Assembly (NCBI GenBank): GCA_964016885.1
Contig: OZ024742.1
Location: forward strand, 195,486,001 to 195,550,000
From: Eledone cirrhosa
Taxonomy: Eukaryota
Direction of reading: 5' to 3'
DNA: 64,000 nucleotides
The notes below the pieces were generated by a model. That model was not told the origin of the DNA. It did no database searches and was given only the letters and a program-made list of their open reading frames with translations. Made by a program: the position numbers and the translations under genes. Below, piece after piece: positions 51,919 to 64,000 of this stretch. Position 1 is the stretch's first letter. Each line of letters begins with the position of its first letter.

Positions 51919-52100
51919 CTGTTTCTACTTTAGGCACAAGGCCAGCAATTACCCAGTGCATTACTGGTACTTTATTTTATCGACCCCGTAAGGATGAAAG
52001 GCAAAGTCAACCACGGTGGGATTTGAACTCAGATTGTAAAGGGACGTAACTATGCTGGAAAGCATGGTGTCCGACCCTCTACCGATACTGCCAATCCACC
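51918..52100 (-). mobile_element. tRNA-derived SINE
   Basis: Same family as 7411. Confidence 0.88.
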
Positions 52101-52111
52101 ATATATATATA

Positions 52112-52301
52112 ACAAAGGAATTCTGGTAAGGAACCAGATGGACCATAACGCACCAGAGTACTCAATACTTAGGGTAGTAGAGTGGGAAATAGGAAAAAGT
52201 ATGACCCCGACGGCAGAGCTCAATCCGTTTCGACGGCTATTTCTGGACTCAGAAATAGCCGTTGAAACGGCTTGAGCTCTGCCGTCGGGGTCATACATTT
52301 T

Positions 52302-52305
<4 letters not shown>
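52112..52305. mobile_element. Palindromic mini-element in (TA)n, second copy
   Basis: Homologous to 16737-16930; inverted repeat centred near 52247. Confidence 0.7.
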
Positions 52306-52366
<61 letters not shown>

Positions 52367-52506
52367 AATTTCGAATATTAATAATAATATTCGATTTGTT
52401 TGCAATTATGCAAACAGCTTCTATAAAACCATGTAAGTAGACTGAGCCCCTCATTCTTGCTCTTGTGTTGGCATGTAGAGCGATAACTTATATGTATACA
52501 CATACA

Positions 52507-52664
<158 letters not shown>

Positions 52665-52667
52665 CTG

Positions 52668-52699
<32 letters not shown>

Positions 52700-52959
52700 A
52701 TATATATATAAAATAACATGTAGCATGACATTAACGCTGACTTGTCTTCCTCTTCCTTTCTGTTTTTCTTCTCTTTAACCGGGAGGTTAGTAGCACACTA
52801 TAAGCTTTAGCCCCCTCACCACATGGCCTTAAGTAGGCCGAATGGGCAGCACTTGAGGGCGACCGACTAAAGTGGAAGGTGCTAGATGGTCGGTCGTCCT
52901 TGGGTCTATGACTTTCAGCCCCATGGATTTGATCTATTACATTCATTTATTATATTTCG

Positions 52960-53019
52960 AATACCTGATGATATCACCGGATTCATACGGAACCCGGTCA
53001 TTGAAATGATCATAGTATT
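52960..53019 (+). ncRNA. Type I hammerhead ribozyme
   Basis: aatac-CTGATGA-(accgg...ccggt stem II)-GAAA-tgatca-TA-gtatt. Confidence 0.75.
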
Positions 53020-53221
53020 TACACAAGTGCAGCCTCCTGTTATTTTATTATAATAATCAACTCCGTACCTGCACCACCAACTACAAAAACGAAGACGGTT
53101 GAACTGCTTTACGTTGAGTACTCTCCATATTATTACATCAGATTGACCATACGGAATTGACCAGCTCTATCCAGTGGTGAACCTTCAAACCTAAATAAAT
53201 ATATATATATATAATAATAAT

Positions 53222-53521
53222 AATAATATTGCCAGAATTAATAACAGATTAAATAAAGATGGCGTAGACATACAATACAACAGGAGGAAACATAATAACA
53301 CCACTGACGATGTTGCAGATGTGCAACGAAAGAACTTTGTTAGACTATATATATGTGTTTGTGTCTATATTATTTCTGTATTTTTTACTGTTGGTCAGTC
53401 AATGGTAAACATTGAGGACCGAATAAATTAACTGATATAAAAGATACAGACCAACCAAACAGTGACTGTGTTCTGTTATTAATTCTGGCAATATTATTAT
53501 AACATGACCCTCCCCAAGTAT

Positions 53522-53527
<6 letters not shown>
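53222..53527 (+). mobile_element. Solo pLTR of the Penelope family at 11655-13900
   Basis: Closely similar to 13615-13900, preceded by a short inverted copy of its own end (aataatattgccagaattaataacaga). Confidence 0.82.
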
Positions 53528-53589
<62 letters not shown>

Positions 53590-53617
53590 GTGGTTACACA
53601 ACAGTTAGTTCACCATA

Positions 53618-53657
53618 CCGAGAACAATTGTTTCACCTTAGCGGATCCTCAGTTCGG
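53618..53657 (-). ncRNA. Hammerhead ribozyme in the 3' region of the Naiad-like element
   Basis: Minus strand: ccgaa-CTGAGGA-tccgctaaggt-GAAA-caattg-TT-ctcgg. Confidence 0.6.
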
Positions 53658-55215
53658 AATGGGATTGGTTATAGGAACAGGAAGGACAACCATATGAACG
53701 CGCATGCGTAGAAACCCGTCACTTCACACAGGCAATACTAGACTGCGTGCGAGAGGTATAAGGGAGATAACTGCGAAAGTCCGAAAAGTTTCTAGGTTGA
53801 AAATAAAATTACAAAGAATCAGTCCGGAGCCTTGTAGTTATGCAATAGGTGTTTGGCGACGTGTGGACAACGTGTGAAAAATTCATTTCTCGTGTTTAGG
53901 CAATCACTATTGCGTAATCTCTTTAGAATAGTTATTCGTTCGTCAATACATAAGCCACACGTCGGATTTCCCCTTGCGTATGGCTTGGCCTTAGTGATGG
54001 CTTTCCATTGAATGGAGTAGTCTATACTTGATTCCTTGAGGGACCATACGTGGCACGCGAGTTTCGTGGATGAACGTCTGTCCGGGTACCTGAAGGTAGA
54101 CTGGTGGTTCAGGAAACGTTCCTTAAATCGGCCCACATAGGATTTGACCTCCTGTGGTTCGTTTGGTCGGTTGAAAGTGACCACAGCTTCATAAATTACA
54201 GCTGGTGTGTTGCATTGCTGTTGAAGGAGGCAAGCCTCAGGCTTACGGCAATAGCACCCTGGTGGGGTGTTGATCCTAGGGCTGCTGGTGATGTGGGCCT
54301 TCATGTTCTTAGCGCAGGAGTATCCTAGTTTAACTTTGTGTCGGTTAAAGATGGAGCGGTATTTATGACCTATGAGAAAGTGTCTATCTAAGAGGGCTAG
54401 AAATGTTTTTCCTACATTGGTTTTAATGTTGAGTGAGAAGGGAGGAGAGAACCAGATAGTTTGTCTATTGTTGCGCTTACTTTTCTTAATGGTGTTGTTG
54501 CTAGTGGGAGACTAAGTGATAGGCTGTGAGAAGTCTCTGTTAGCTAACGCCGTGTTATAGTAGGGTGCCGCGCTGTCAAAGATAGCCTTATTAGAGGAGA
54601 GGTTTGAGATTCTAGTACTGGTATTCTTAACGAAGTTTCTAAAAACAGTGGGAGCGTGGCATGAGTCCTTGTGAATGTAATTGAGTTTCTCCTTTAGCTT
54701 ATGGAAGGGTCTGTGGGTGGGTGTGCGAAGGTTTAAATTAATGTCTAAGAAATCTACGCTAGAATGGCTGGTGGCTACTGTTATCCTAAGTCCTAACTCA
54801 TTGAAGGTAGAAGCTAAGTCTTTTTTAAACCGGTCGAGGTCGTGACCACTTTTATGGCTCGATAAAGTCAGTCCATCGTCGCGGTATATTCCCGTGTGGA
54901 AGTCCAGGAATCTAACACGTAATATGTCTAAGATAAAAAGGCCAACCAAGTCACATATGTCAGCACTGTCAAACGATCCCATGGAGACGTCGAATAGGTC
55001 TGAAGTTGTAGACTTCTTTGCCCAGGCTACTCCATCGTTGAAGAGGGGGGTTTTCCGGCAGTGAGCGATGATTTCCCTGTCTAAACCATCGACGGTGGTA
55101 TAAGTGGTAGCGAAGTCCAACGCTTTGTTTAACAGGGTCTCTGAGATCGACGGGTAAAAATCGACAATGTCAAACTGTGTGAACTTCGCTTTTGGGGATT
55201 TTAAGTAGTTAAACC

Positions 55216-57909
55216 TGTAGTGACCTACATTCCGCGGGCTCACATACATTCTCTGTGCGTGATTTGGCTCAGTTCAGCCAATCAGCGCCAGTAGAAGAGG
55301 ATGTATCCCTACGCGCCCTGAGGAAGAAATTCCCCGCGAAGATTTGAAGAATCTCTCTCTTGTACCAGAAACTTCGAGCCAGCAACACGCATAATGTAGC
55401 AGTGAGATATTGCACCCCTAGCCTCGCCGGCTTAACGGCGCAATGGCACATTCCCTTTTGTAACCTCTTTTTATCTGTAACTTCAACCATATAAATAAAC
55501 AAACATTTCATCTCTAATTACTGCGGTTGAAGTCGTTATTATGTTACTCGTGTCTCAATAACATCTTTAATCCATGCTGCTGGAATTGGCGACCTGACGA
55601 AAGGAATATTGTAAATAGATGGTAAATAGATCGAGGGACCTTCCCTCACGTCTATGTCAACAAGATAATCCAACGAGGATACTATCACTTACCACACTGG
55701 CAACTAACGACCACTGATTCTGCCACCCTGCTAATGTGGCGATAGCATCAATAACTAATTACTGCTAAAGTGGTGACCGACGTAAGAATATCACGCAGCC
55801 CTTCTTATTCATTCAGTTTAACTTTTGTTGCCACGTCGCAACTTGCGAAAATCCAGAATATTCCTTTTAAGATTTTTGAAAAATTAGCAGTATTTCGAAA
55901 ACTTTTTCGCCACGAAAAAATTTCAAGATGGCTACCGACATGTCATGGCTACGCTTGACAACAACAATGACAGCAGCAGCGACAGCGTTGTTTAACCACT
56001 GACCAATACAGGGAACAGTGAGTGGCAGCTTCATAACCTTACCGACGCCAACCACCACACATCGGAAATTTCGAAACGGCTTGTAACTTTACCGACGCAA
56101 CCACCATACCTTCTGTCTCGTTACCACAGGGACGCGAGAAATTGAGACAGTAGTTTTCTCACCATTATGGCGTCAGACGTGACTGCCATATTTGGTGACT
56201 CCTACTCTACAGAAGATTCTTTGACTTTGCTTTAACAATAAGCAACAAAACCTTCGGGACGGTAAAATGGCCACGAAATCTCACAAAAACACCATACATC
56301 TAACCCCTAACGGCATTAACAAACTTCTTTTTCAGTTTTCAGATAGAACTAGTGTCTGTACACTGGTGATGTGTGAACTATTTGACTTTGAAAAACTTTG
56401 AACTTATTGAGCAATTTCTCTGCTCCCCTAGATTGACTTTGAATTATCAGTTTGTTACATTCACATATTTCTTTATAGAATGCATTTACTTGTTTTGTGC
56501 TCTTTTGCTATTTGCTTGCTCATGGTTTTTGTTCATTCACATTCTTTGCTGTTTTACATGCCTGCATATGCACACATTTTTTTTATCACACACCAACATG
56601 TTGTTCTTGGTATATGTTCTTCAAACGTAATATTCTGCGAGTCCCTTTTCACCTGGTTGAGGTGCTGTCACATGCTAGCAGCTCACAGAGCTTAATCCAC
56701 TGGATTCAAACAGTCACCGCAACACGAGAATACTAATTGCAGCTGAACTCAAACAGCTTCGCATCTCGTTGCACACTGATCGTCCATGACGGCCATCCGT
56801 CTTGTTGTTTTTGCCCGACTCGCTGGGAAAGCAACAAATTGAACTGGACTTGTTAGCATTTCGGCCACTTCTGTGGATTCGCCCGAATTATGGAATTTAC
56901 ACTGCAACCCACCTACAGATTAAACTTGCCTTTTGTTCTTTACAAAGCAACTAGCCATTTTTTCCTGGCTCCACAGCACATTCGACGATACATCTGGGGG
57001 CCATCATTTTCTCGCCAGCACTGGTAAACTACCATAATAGCTTCGTTCACAGCTACTGGTACAACGCTTACCATTAACATTTAATGCAAGAACAGCAACC
57101 TCGCCCATGTCAGACTTTATCCGTTTTTTTGTTAGACCTTTGGCGGTCACGTATAAACAACAAAACAACTGGTCATTTGACACAGCGGCTCAACACGGCC
57201 CGTAGCGCCTCATTTTTTGTTCTTGCATGCAACCTTCTGCTCAATTATTTTTTCACTGATGTGCTCTTTCAGCATTTGTTCTTGCTGATTTAATAATATG
57301 TGGATCCTTGGTTTCTTCGTTATCGATTTTCGGCTGAAAATCTGGTTGGAGGTGATGTAGTGACCTACATTCCGCGGGCTCACATACATTCTCTGTGCGT
57401 GATTTGGCTCAGTTCAGCCAATCAGCGCCAGTAGAAGAGGATGTATCCCTACGCGCCCTGAGGAAGAAATTCCCCGCGAAGATTTGAAGAATCTCTCTCT
57501 TGTACCAGAAACTTCGAGCCAGCAACACGCATAATGTAGCAGTGAGATATTGCACCCCTAGCCTCGCCGGCTTAACGGTGCAATGGCACATTCCCTTTTG
57601 TAGCCTCTTTTTATCTGTAACTTCAACCATATAAATAAACAAACATTTCATCTCTAATTACTGCGGTTGAAGTCGTTATTATGTTACTCGTGTCTCAATA
57701 ACATCTTTAATCCATGCTGCTGGAATTGGCGACCTGACGAAAGGAATATTGTAAATAGATGGTAAATAGATCGAGGGACCTTCCCTCACGTCTATGTCAA
57801 CAAGATAATCCAACGAGGATACTATCACTTACCACACTGGCAACTAACGACCACTGATTCTACCACCCTGCTAAAGTGGCGATAACATCTATAACTAACC
57901 TACTGCTAA
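55216..57909 (+). mobile_element. Non-autonomous LTR retrotransposon, 2.7 kb
   Basis: Direct repeats 55216-55768 and 57356-57909; 5-bp target-site duplication AAACC (55211-55215, 57910-57914); PBS TGGTGACCGACGT at 55771 resembling the tRNA-Trp PBS; purine-rich GGAGGTGA before the 3' LTR; no long ORF. Confidence 0.9.
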
Positions 57910-58469
57910 AAACCACTTAATTACGGAGTCGCTGTTCACCCACTGGGGCTGGTTGGACTTGGTCCTAATGGTCTTAACTATGTTTCTAAGATTGGCCTTA
58001 CTTACTAGTCCCATATCTGTGCGTGACGCGTTTAATAGTCTACATGTGGGGTTAGAAGTAAAGTCTACCTTGTGATCTTTCAGGGTGAGGAACGCCTCCC
58101 GCTTAGCTAGAGATTGTAGCTTCTTATCTACCTTAAGGTCGGCGGCAAGTTCCTTGGCTTCTGTATTAATGTCGTGGTAGGCCATAGGGTTAGCTTTCTT
58201 ATATTTAGAAGTAATAGCGTTATGGGCCAGGTGGCGGAAAGTGGTGTTGTCGACTTCGTAAATATTACTAGTTTTGTCGGAAAGAACGAAGGTGTTATTA
58301 GAAGACCTAAATTTCTTAATATCATTTCTAAGTTTCGTTTGAAATGTGTTAGTGTGTTTGCGAAAGGAAATGTTAGCGACTAAGTCAAGAAGGTCCGTCT
58401 CGAAAGGAGCAAGTACAGTTACCTTAGGAGGGTAGGCTCTCGATTTCAGGTTAAAGGTGTTGTTGGTGC

Positions 58470-58552
<83 letters not shown>

Positions 58553-58553
<1 letters not shown>

Positions 58554-58932
58554 GTAAACATACCGTATTTCTTTAGGAATACGAAATTCTAATACATATC
58601 TGTATACAACTATGCATGAAGTTAAATCCTAATTCTATTCTATTATAAGTTAAGCAGCTTCATATGCAAATGAGATTAATTACCTCATTTACACAGACGA
58701 GAAAACCATATATTCTCGCCTGTTTTCAAGTCCATCAGTCGCAAGTGAGGGAGAGATCGTCCTGATGAGAACCAGTTAAGCTCGAAATGCATCGATGATT
58801 GTCCCCCTTGCTTCTACTGGACTCCACCAGAGAGCGTTAGCTCCGGTGTTTTGCATAGCTACGACTTTCTAAATGTTTACCTGTAAACATACCGTATTTC
58901 TTTAGAAATACGAAATTCTAATACATATCTGT
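58553..58932 (+). mobile_element. Retrozyme-like element: 329-bp monomer plus 51-bp terminal redundancy
   Basis: Direct repeats 58553-58603 and 58882-58932 enclose a hammerhead ribozyme. Confidence 0.65.
58755..58800 (+). ncRNA. Minimal type I hammerhead ribozyme
   Basis: gatcgtc-CTGATGA-ga...tc-GAAA-tgca-TC-gatgatt; 7-bp stem I, AUC triplet. Confidence 0.78.
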
Positions 58933-59591
58933 CTACTAATACATATCTGTCTCTCTCTCTCTCTCTATATATATATATACATATAAACACACACACACAT
59001 ATATATACGATATATATATACACACTTAATTGTATACCCATACATATATACAGACATGTAGATCGCTACACTTAAAATCTCTGTTTACTCATGAATATAT
59101 TCTTCTGTAGACACTGTCATAAATATATTGTGTTGAATAGATGACGGAATGGTAGCTTTTACCGCCGCCACCACCACCACAACCACAACCCCCCACTACT
59201 ACTATCACCACCCCAACCACCACCACTATCACCGTCACAACCATAACTGCCAACATCATCATCACCACCACCACCACCACAGATACCGCCGCCACTACCA
59301 CCACATGGCAGGAGAAAGGAACCTCTCGTCAGAATCGGTCAAGGAAACAATGTTTCCATTAGTCTTTCCGTTGCTGATACTTTCTGTCGGTCGCAATCAG
59401 CGACATGAAATAAAATATTTTGCCGCCCGGTCAGACCTTGAACCTGCAATCTTAAGATCCCAAGTTCAACATCTTGGCTACGTGCCTTCACATCGATATT
59501 GATACATTTAATGTTCAGCTTTAAGTTTTGGCTGCAGGGTGTATGTGGGTCCAAACTCGGACAAGGACTTTCAGAGGCGTTCATTTCTATC

Positions 59592-60258
59592 TACTCTCGG
59601 GTCCCAAATAATAGGCAAGACGGGAATTAGCAGGGAGAGGTTGAAATAAGTGGGGGAATTGGAATAAGCGGGGCGGGCTATCGGTAATTTTTTCTAAGTT
59701 GTCTCCCATGATATTTAAAAAAAACAGAATTAGTCGTTTTGTTTACATATTGAGACCCCCCAACCCATCCTATTTATTTTATAACATTTATTTATTTCAA
59801 ACACGTCTTTACTCTCAATCTTTACCTTACCTTGTCGCAAATAAAGAAACATATCTTTACCTTTCCTTGACCCATTACTGCTGATACTCTCGGGTCCCAA
59901 AGAATAGGGGTGGAATAAGCGAGTGGGGGGGGGGGGGTCGGTAATTTGTCTAGGATGTCTCCGTTTATTTTTTTTTAAACCAAATTAGTCGTTTAGTTTA
60001 CATATTGAGACCCCAATCCATCCTATTTATTTTATAACATATGGGATTTATACTAATGTACTTTTTTTTGTCATGTATAATGTTTTTTTTTATTGTATAA
60101 AGAAAATGAATTGTCATAGGAATGATACCACTTAAAATAAAATTTCACCAGAGATAGGTTAGCCAAATTTATTAAGTGGGAGGGTGTAAGAGCGTGGGTG
60201 AGAGATCTGACAAATTAATAAGCGTGGTGGGGGGGTTGATTATTCGAGACCCAAGAAC
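59592..60258. mobile_element. Possible MITE with a duplicated left end
   Basis: TACTCTCGGGTCCCAAA begins two similar blocks (about 59592 and 59886); imperfect inverted match TTATTCGAGACCCAAGA near 60240. Confidence 0.4.
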
Positions 60259-61463
60259 ATGTATTTTGTGATTTGTGTTATTTTGTGGGTGAGGACTAGA
60301 TGTGTATGTAGAGTTTGTGTTGCGTGGACTGTGTAATTTTGTTGGATAGTAAACTGTTTCGTATGAACTGTTCGATTGGTTTTATATGTTTTGAGTGCTA
60401 CTGGTAAGCCAGTACAACCTGTCGCATGATCAGGTCGTCGGCAACTAAACCGGCAACCCCACTAAGTTTACTTGGTGAGGAGGGTGATTTTGGACACCCT
60501 GCAGGACAAAAAACAAAACCTGACAAACAGCAGAAGAACTCATAAAAGTCAACGGCCATCTAAAAAAAAAACAAGAAAAAAACAGCCAAACCAATAGGTG
60601 GCAGTAGTTCCAGCTGCACGCATAGAAAGACTGGTGTATGGGTTCTGAGAACAATGTGGCTTTACAGGTGATCAATGCAAATTGACAATGGAAAGGCACT
60701 CTCGTTCGAGTTAGAAGAGAACTATTGACCTTGAGGAGAAGCAGCGATCCCTGATTGTATTCAACAACCGAAACAAATATGAAGTACACCAAATCCAATG
60801 CTCCTAGGGGCGGCCCTGGTTCTTCTTATTTGCGAGTGTAAACTCGGCCAGATTAGATTAGAGTAGTATAAGACAGTGATAGAGCATGTGATGTGTGGTT
60901 TGTGTAGCATTAATGGATGGCAATTGAATAGAATGTGAGTGGTGTGGAATTTTGGTTTTATAGTGTCATGTACTGGTTACATAAGTGTGTGTTGTGTTAT
61001 ATTATGTTGGTTCCATACATACCACACCAGAATTTACAACACTACATATTATCCAACAAAATAGCTCTTTTAGGAACAGCCCACATCCTGTGAAAGACTA
61101 ACAATTGAATAGTGCACCTCAAATGGAACAATCTTTACACACATTACACTGTAATTAACAGCTAATAAAATAAAACAGCTCAATTCACACAACATATATT
61201 CTACAAGATTAGTACCCAATAAAATTACACAACTCATATTACACATATCATACACAACATAACAAACAATAAAATAACGCAAGAAATCTAGAAGTTAACA
61301 CCACCCATAACAGAACAACACTGAGGCAGTACACTAACAGGAAGAATCACACCAGGCGCCACAAAATTAAGAACACAATGCTGCACAGACACTTCATAAA
61401 CATGGGTGTGCACAAAGTGATGCGGTAGAAACTCGCATGAAACCATTGAAAAAAATAATAATA

Positions 61464-62127
61464 GTTGTTTCTACTTTTGGCACAAGGCCAGCAATGACCC
61501 CAGTATATTAGTAGTTCTTTATTTTATCGACCCTGTAAGGGTGAAAGGCAAAGTTAACCTCAGCGGGATTTGAACTCAGATCATAAAGGGCGTAACTCTA
61601 TGCTACAAAGCATGGCGTCCAACGCTTTACCGATACTGCCAATCCAATAATAATTGTTTCTGATTTAGGCACAAGGCCAATAATTTGGAGAGAGGGGAAA
61701 GTCGATTAAATCGACCCCAGTGCATTACTGGTACTTTATTTTATCAACCCTGTAAGGATGAAAAACAAAGTTAACCACGGCGAGATTTGAACTTTAAAGA
61801 ACCATAAGTCCATGCCGCAAAGCAGGGTTTCCGACGCTCGACCGATACTGCCAGTTCACTGTAATAATATTCTATATTATAATAAGAGCGCTATCCATCC
61901 GTCAGTCCCTCCGTCAGTCACGCTCAATTTATATTGAGAGGAGCAACGCCAAGCGAGAGATATGTATTTAGACAGGGAGAGAAAAGGGAACGCCGTGTGT
62001 TTTCGAGGCAACAGAAAGAGGTAGATAGACAGAATATTATGACGTCGCCCTCATCCATATAGAGAAAGGGGGTGCCAAGCGAAAGATGTACATAGAGAAA
62101 AGAAACGTCATTTGTTAAGAGAGAGAG

Positions 62128-62208
<81 letters not shown>

Positions 62209-63112
62209 GTGTGTGACAGAAAGAGGGAGAATACGTCGCCCTCATCTAGTAATAATAATTGTTTCTACTTTTGGCACAAGGCCAGCAATTATCCCAGTAC
62301 ATCACGGGTGATTTATTTTATCGACCCCCAAAGTTAACCTCGGCGGACTTTGAACTCAGATCTTAAAGGGCGGTAACTCTATGCAGCTAAGCATGGCGTC
62401 CGACACTCTACCGATACTGCCAATCTACCGCTACAGTAATAATTGTTTCTACTTTTGGCAAAAGGCCAGCAATTACCCAGTACATTACTAGCGCTTTATT
62501 TTATCGACCCCGTAAGGATGAAAGGCAAAGTTAACCTCGGCGGGATTTGAACTCAGAATGGCAAGGGCTGTAACTCTATGCGTCAAAGTATGGCGTTCGA
62601 CCCTCTACCGAAACTGCCAATCCACCGCCCTCATCTAGTAATAATAATGTCCTGAGAAGGACATTATCAATTTAAAAACCTTCCAAAGGCATTTACTGTT
62701 GTTTGTGCCCTCGTAACATCATTGTATAACAGTTGATTGCAAAACGTGTGTATTATCAAATTTTGCCTCAGCAGAATTCAAAGAAGTTTCAAACAACAAT
62801 GATTTCTTATATAGGCACAAGGGCAGCAATTTTGGGGAGGGAAAGTCGATTAAATCGACCCCAGTGCGTGACTGGTACTTTATTTTATCGACCCCCTAAG
62901 GATGAACGGCAAAGCTAACCTCGGCTGGATTTGAACTCAGATCATAAAGGGCCGTAACTCTGTGCTGCAAAGCATGGTGCACGACTCTCTACCGATACTG
63001 TCAATCCGCAATAATTGTTTCTACTTTTGGCACAAGGCCAGCAATTATCCAGTGTATTACTGGTACTTTATTTTATCGACCCCTTAAGGTTAACCTCGGC
63101 GGGATTTTAACT
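61464..63112 (-). mobile_element. Cluster of six co-oriented tRNA-SINE copies
   Basis: Copies at about 61464-61647, 61654-61858, 62259-62430, 62443-62626, 62800-63009 and 63014-63112, joined by short AAT runs. Confidence 0.88.
61871..62249 (+). mobile_element. Probable non-autonomous Helitron
   Basis: Starts TCTATATTATAATAAGAG, followed by (CCGT/CAGT) microrepeats; ends CTAG before a T. Confidence 0.5.
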
Positions 63113-63139
63113 CGCCGAGGTTAACACAATAATAATAAC

Positions 63140-63795
63140 AAGTGCAGCGTGATTTCCTTGCCCTGTGAACTTCTACTACATGCCCAGCGGACGACACATC
63201 CGTAGAGTTTGCCTCGAACCAGCAATATCCCTTTCCCCATTAGCATTGCCAATCGAGAGATTTCTGAAATGTATCCATAGTTTCCAGCCCGGAGGTTCTC
63301 TGGAATAGACAATCTAGTTTATTATCATTGATGTCCTGACCTTTCAAATCGTTCTTTTCTACCATTAGACCTCTATAGAATAAGTTCCATCGACCGCAAT
63401 GTCCAACTGGTAGAGAGCTGCGAGCGCTTGGCAATATTTCGTATGCCAATGTCATGTACGACGGTCATAGGATAAAGCTCTACTTTTCAGAGATAACATT
63501 CTCTTAGTTCATTTCTGGGTGAGCCTGCATAGTCTGCTATTCCTATCCTACTGGATGTCTGGATTGAACTGAAACCAAAGCAACTTAAATGGTTCATCTG
63601 TCCAGTACACAACAACACTGTCCAATGGCATGGATTTGTTCCACTAGGTGCCAAACTCCAAGTTCACTGACTTGTCCAGGTTGATTTTTGCACCAGTCAC
63701 TGCCTCGTATTCCTTTAAAACAGAGCCAACCCCCTTGATTTCTGTGGTGACTGACACCATTTGGGTGACATCGTCTCCATAAGCTGACAGGGCGA
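63140..63795 (-). pseudogene. Old fragment of a related Tx1-like ORF2
   Basis: SAYGDDVT...LKEYEAVTGAKINLDKS and FYRGL...LFQRT...MDTFQKSLDWQC match the ORF2s of the array. Confidence 0.78.
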
Positions 63796-63915
63796 GATTT
63801 GAAATTTGCTTGTCATCCTTCCGGGGTCTTTAAATTAAAGTGCGTCAAATACTGTACTCAGTTTAATACAAAAAAAAACAAAAAAAATTGCTAGGCTTGC
63901 GTCTAAATTGGAAAT

Positions 63916-63916
63916 C

Positions 63917-63987
<71 letters not shown>
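63916..63987. repeat. (AGT)n microsatellite
   Basis: Direct reading. Confidence 0.95.
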
Positions 63988-64000
63988 CAATACATATTTT

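Larger units (their letters stand above)
53586..58472 (-). mobile_element. Naiad-like Penelope element, 5'-truncated, in (TA)n, interrupted by an LTR element
   Basis: AFLTLKDHK, CRLLN, FDIVDFYPSI, VSMGSFDSADICDLVG, GIYRDDGL, IWFSPPFS, CYCRKPEAC...VIYEA...YVG...FKERF. Premature TAG at 54512-54514; coding pieces 53819-55215 and 57910-58470. Confidence 0.88.

Noticed and set aside
53819-55215. Selenocysteine recoding as reported for some Naiad elements
   Set aside because: The in-frame stop is TAG, not TGA, and the endonuclease cysteines are ordinary codons.

Overview
Repeat-saturated animal DNA with no recognisable host gene. The tRNA-SINE type and the dense (TA)/(CA)/(GATA) microsatellites suggest a cephalopod (octopod) genome; this is inference only. 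The window opens with a 7.4-kb CAA/CAG/TAA satellite. Its core (23.4-46.8 kb) is a head-to-tail array of four full-length Tx1-like (L1-clade) LINEs from three families, all on the minus strand and each bounded by (GATA)n. One copy is intact. In all four, a 5' splice-donor consensus lies at the end of ORF1 and the ORF2 stop codon TAG doubles as a 3' splice acceptor. In the three best-preserved copies the predicted spliced junction immediately recreates an ORF1 stop, so ORF2 looks like a removable intron. The rest holds Penelope-like elements (one interrupted by a non-autonomous LTR element), about ten minimal hammerhead ribozyme cores, R4/Dong-like 3' ends sitting in (CATA)n, RTE relics, SINE arrays, a decayed transposase and a probable Helitron. 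Coordinates were read by eye; element ends may be off by a few bases.
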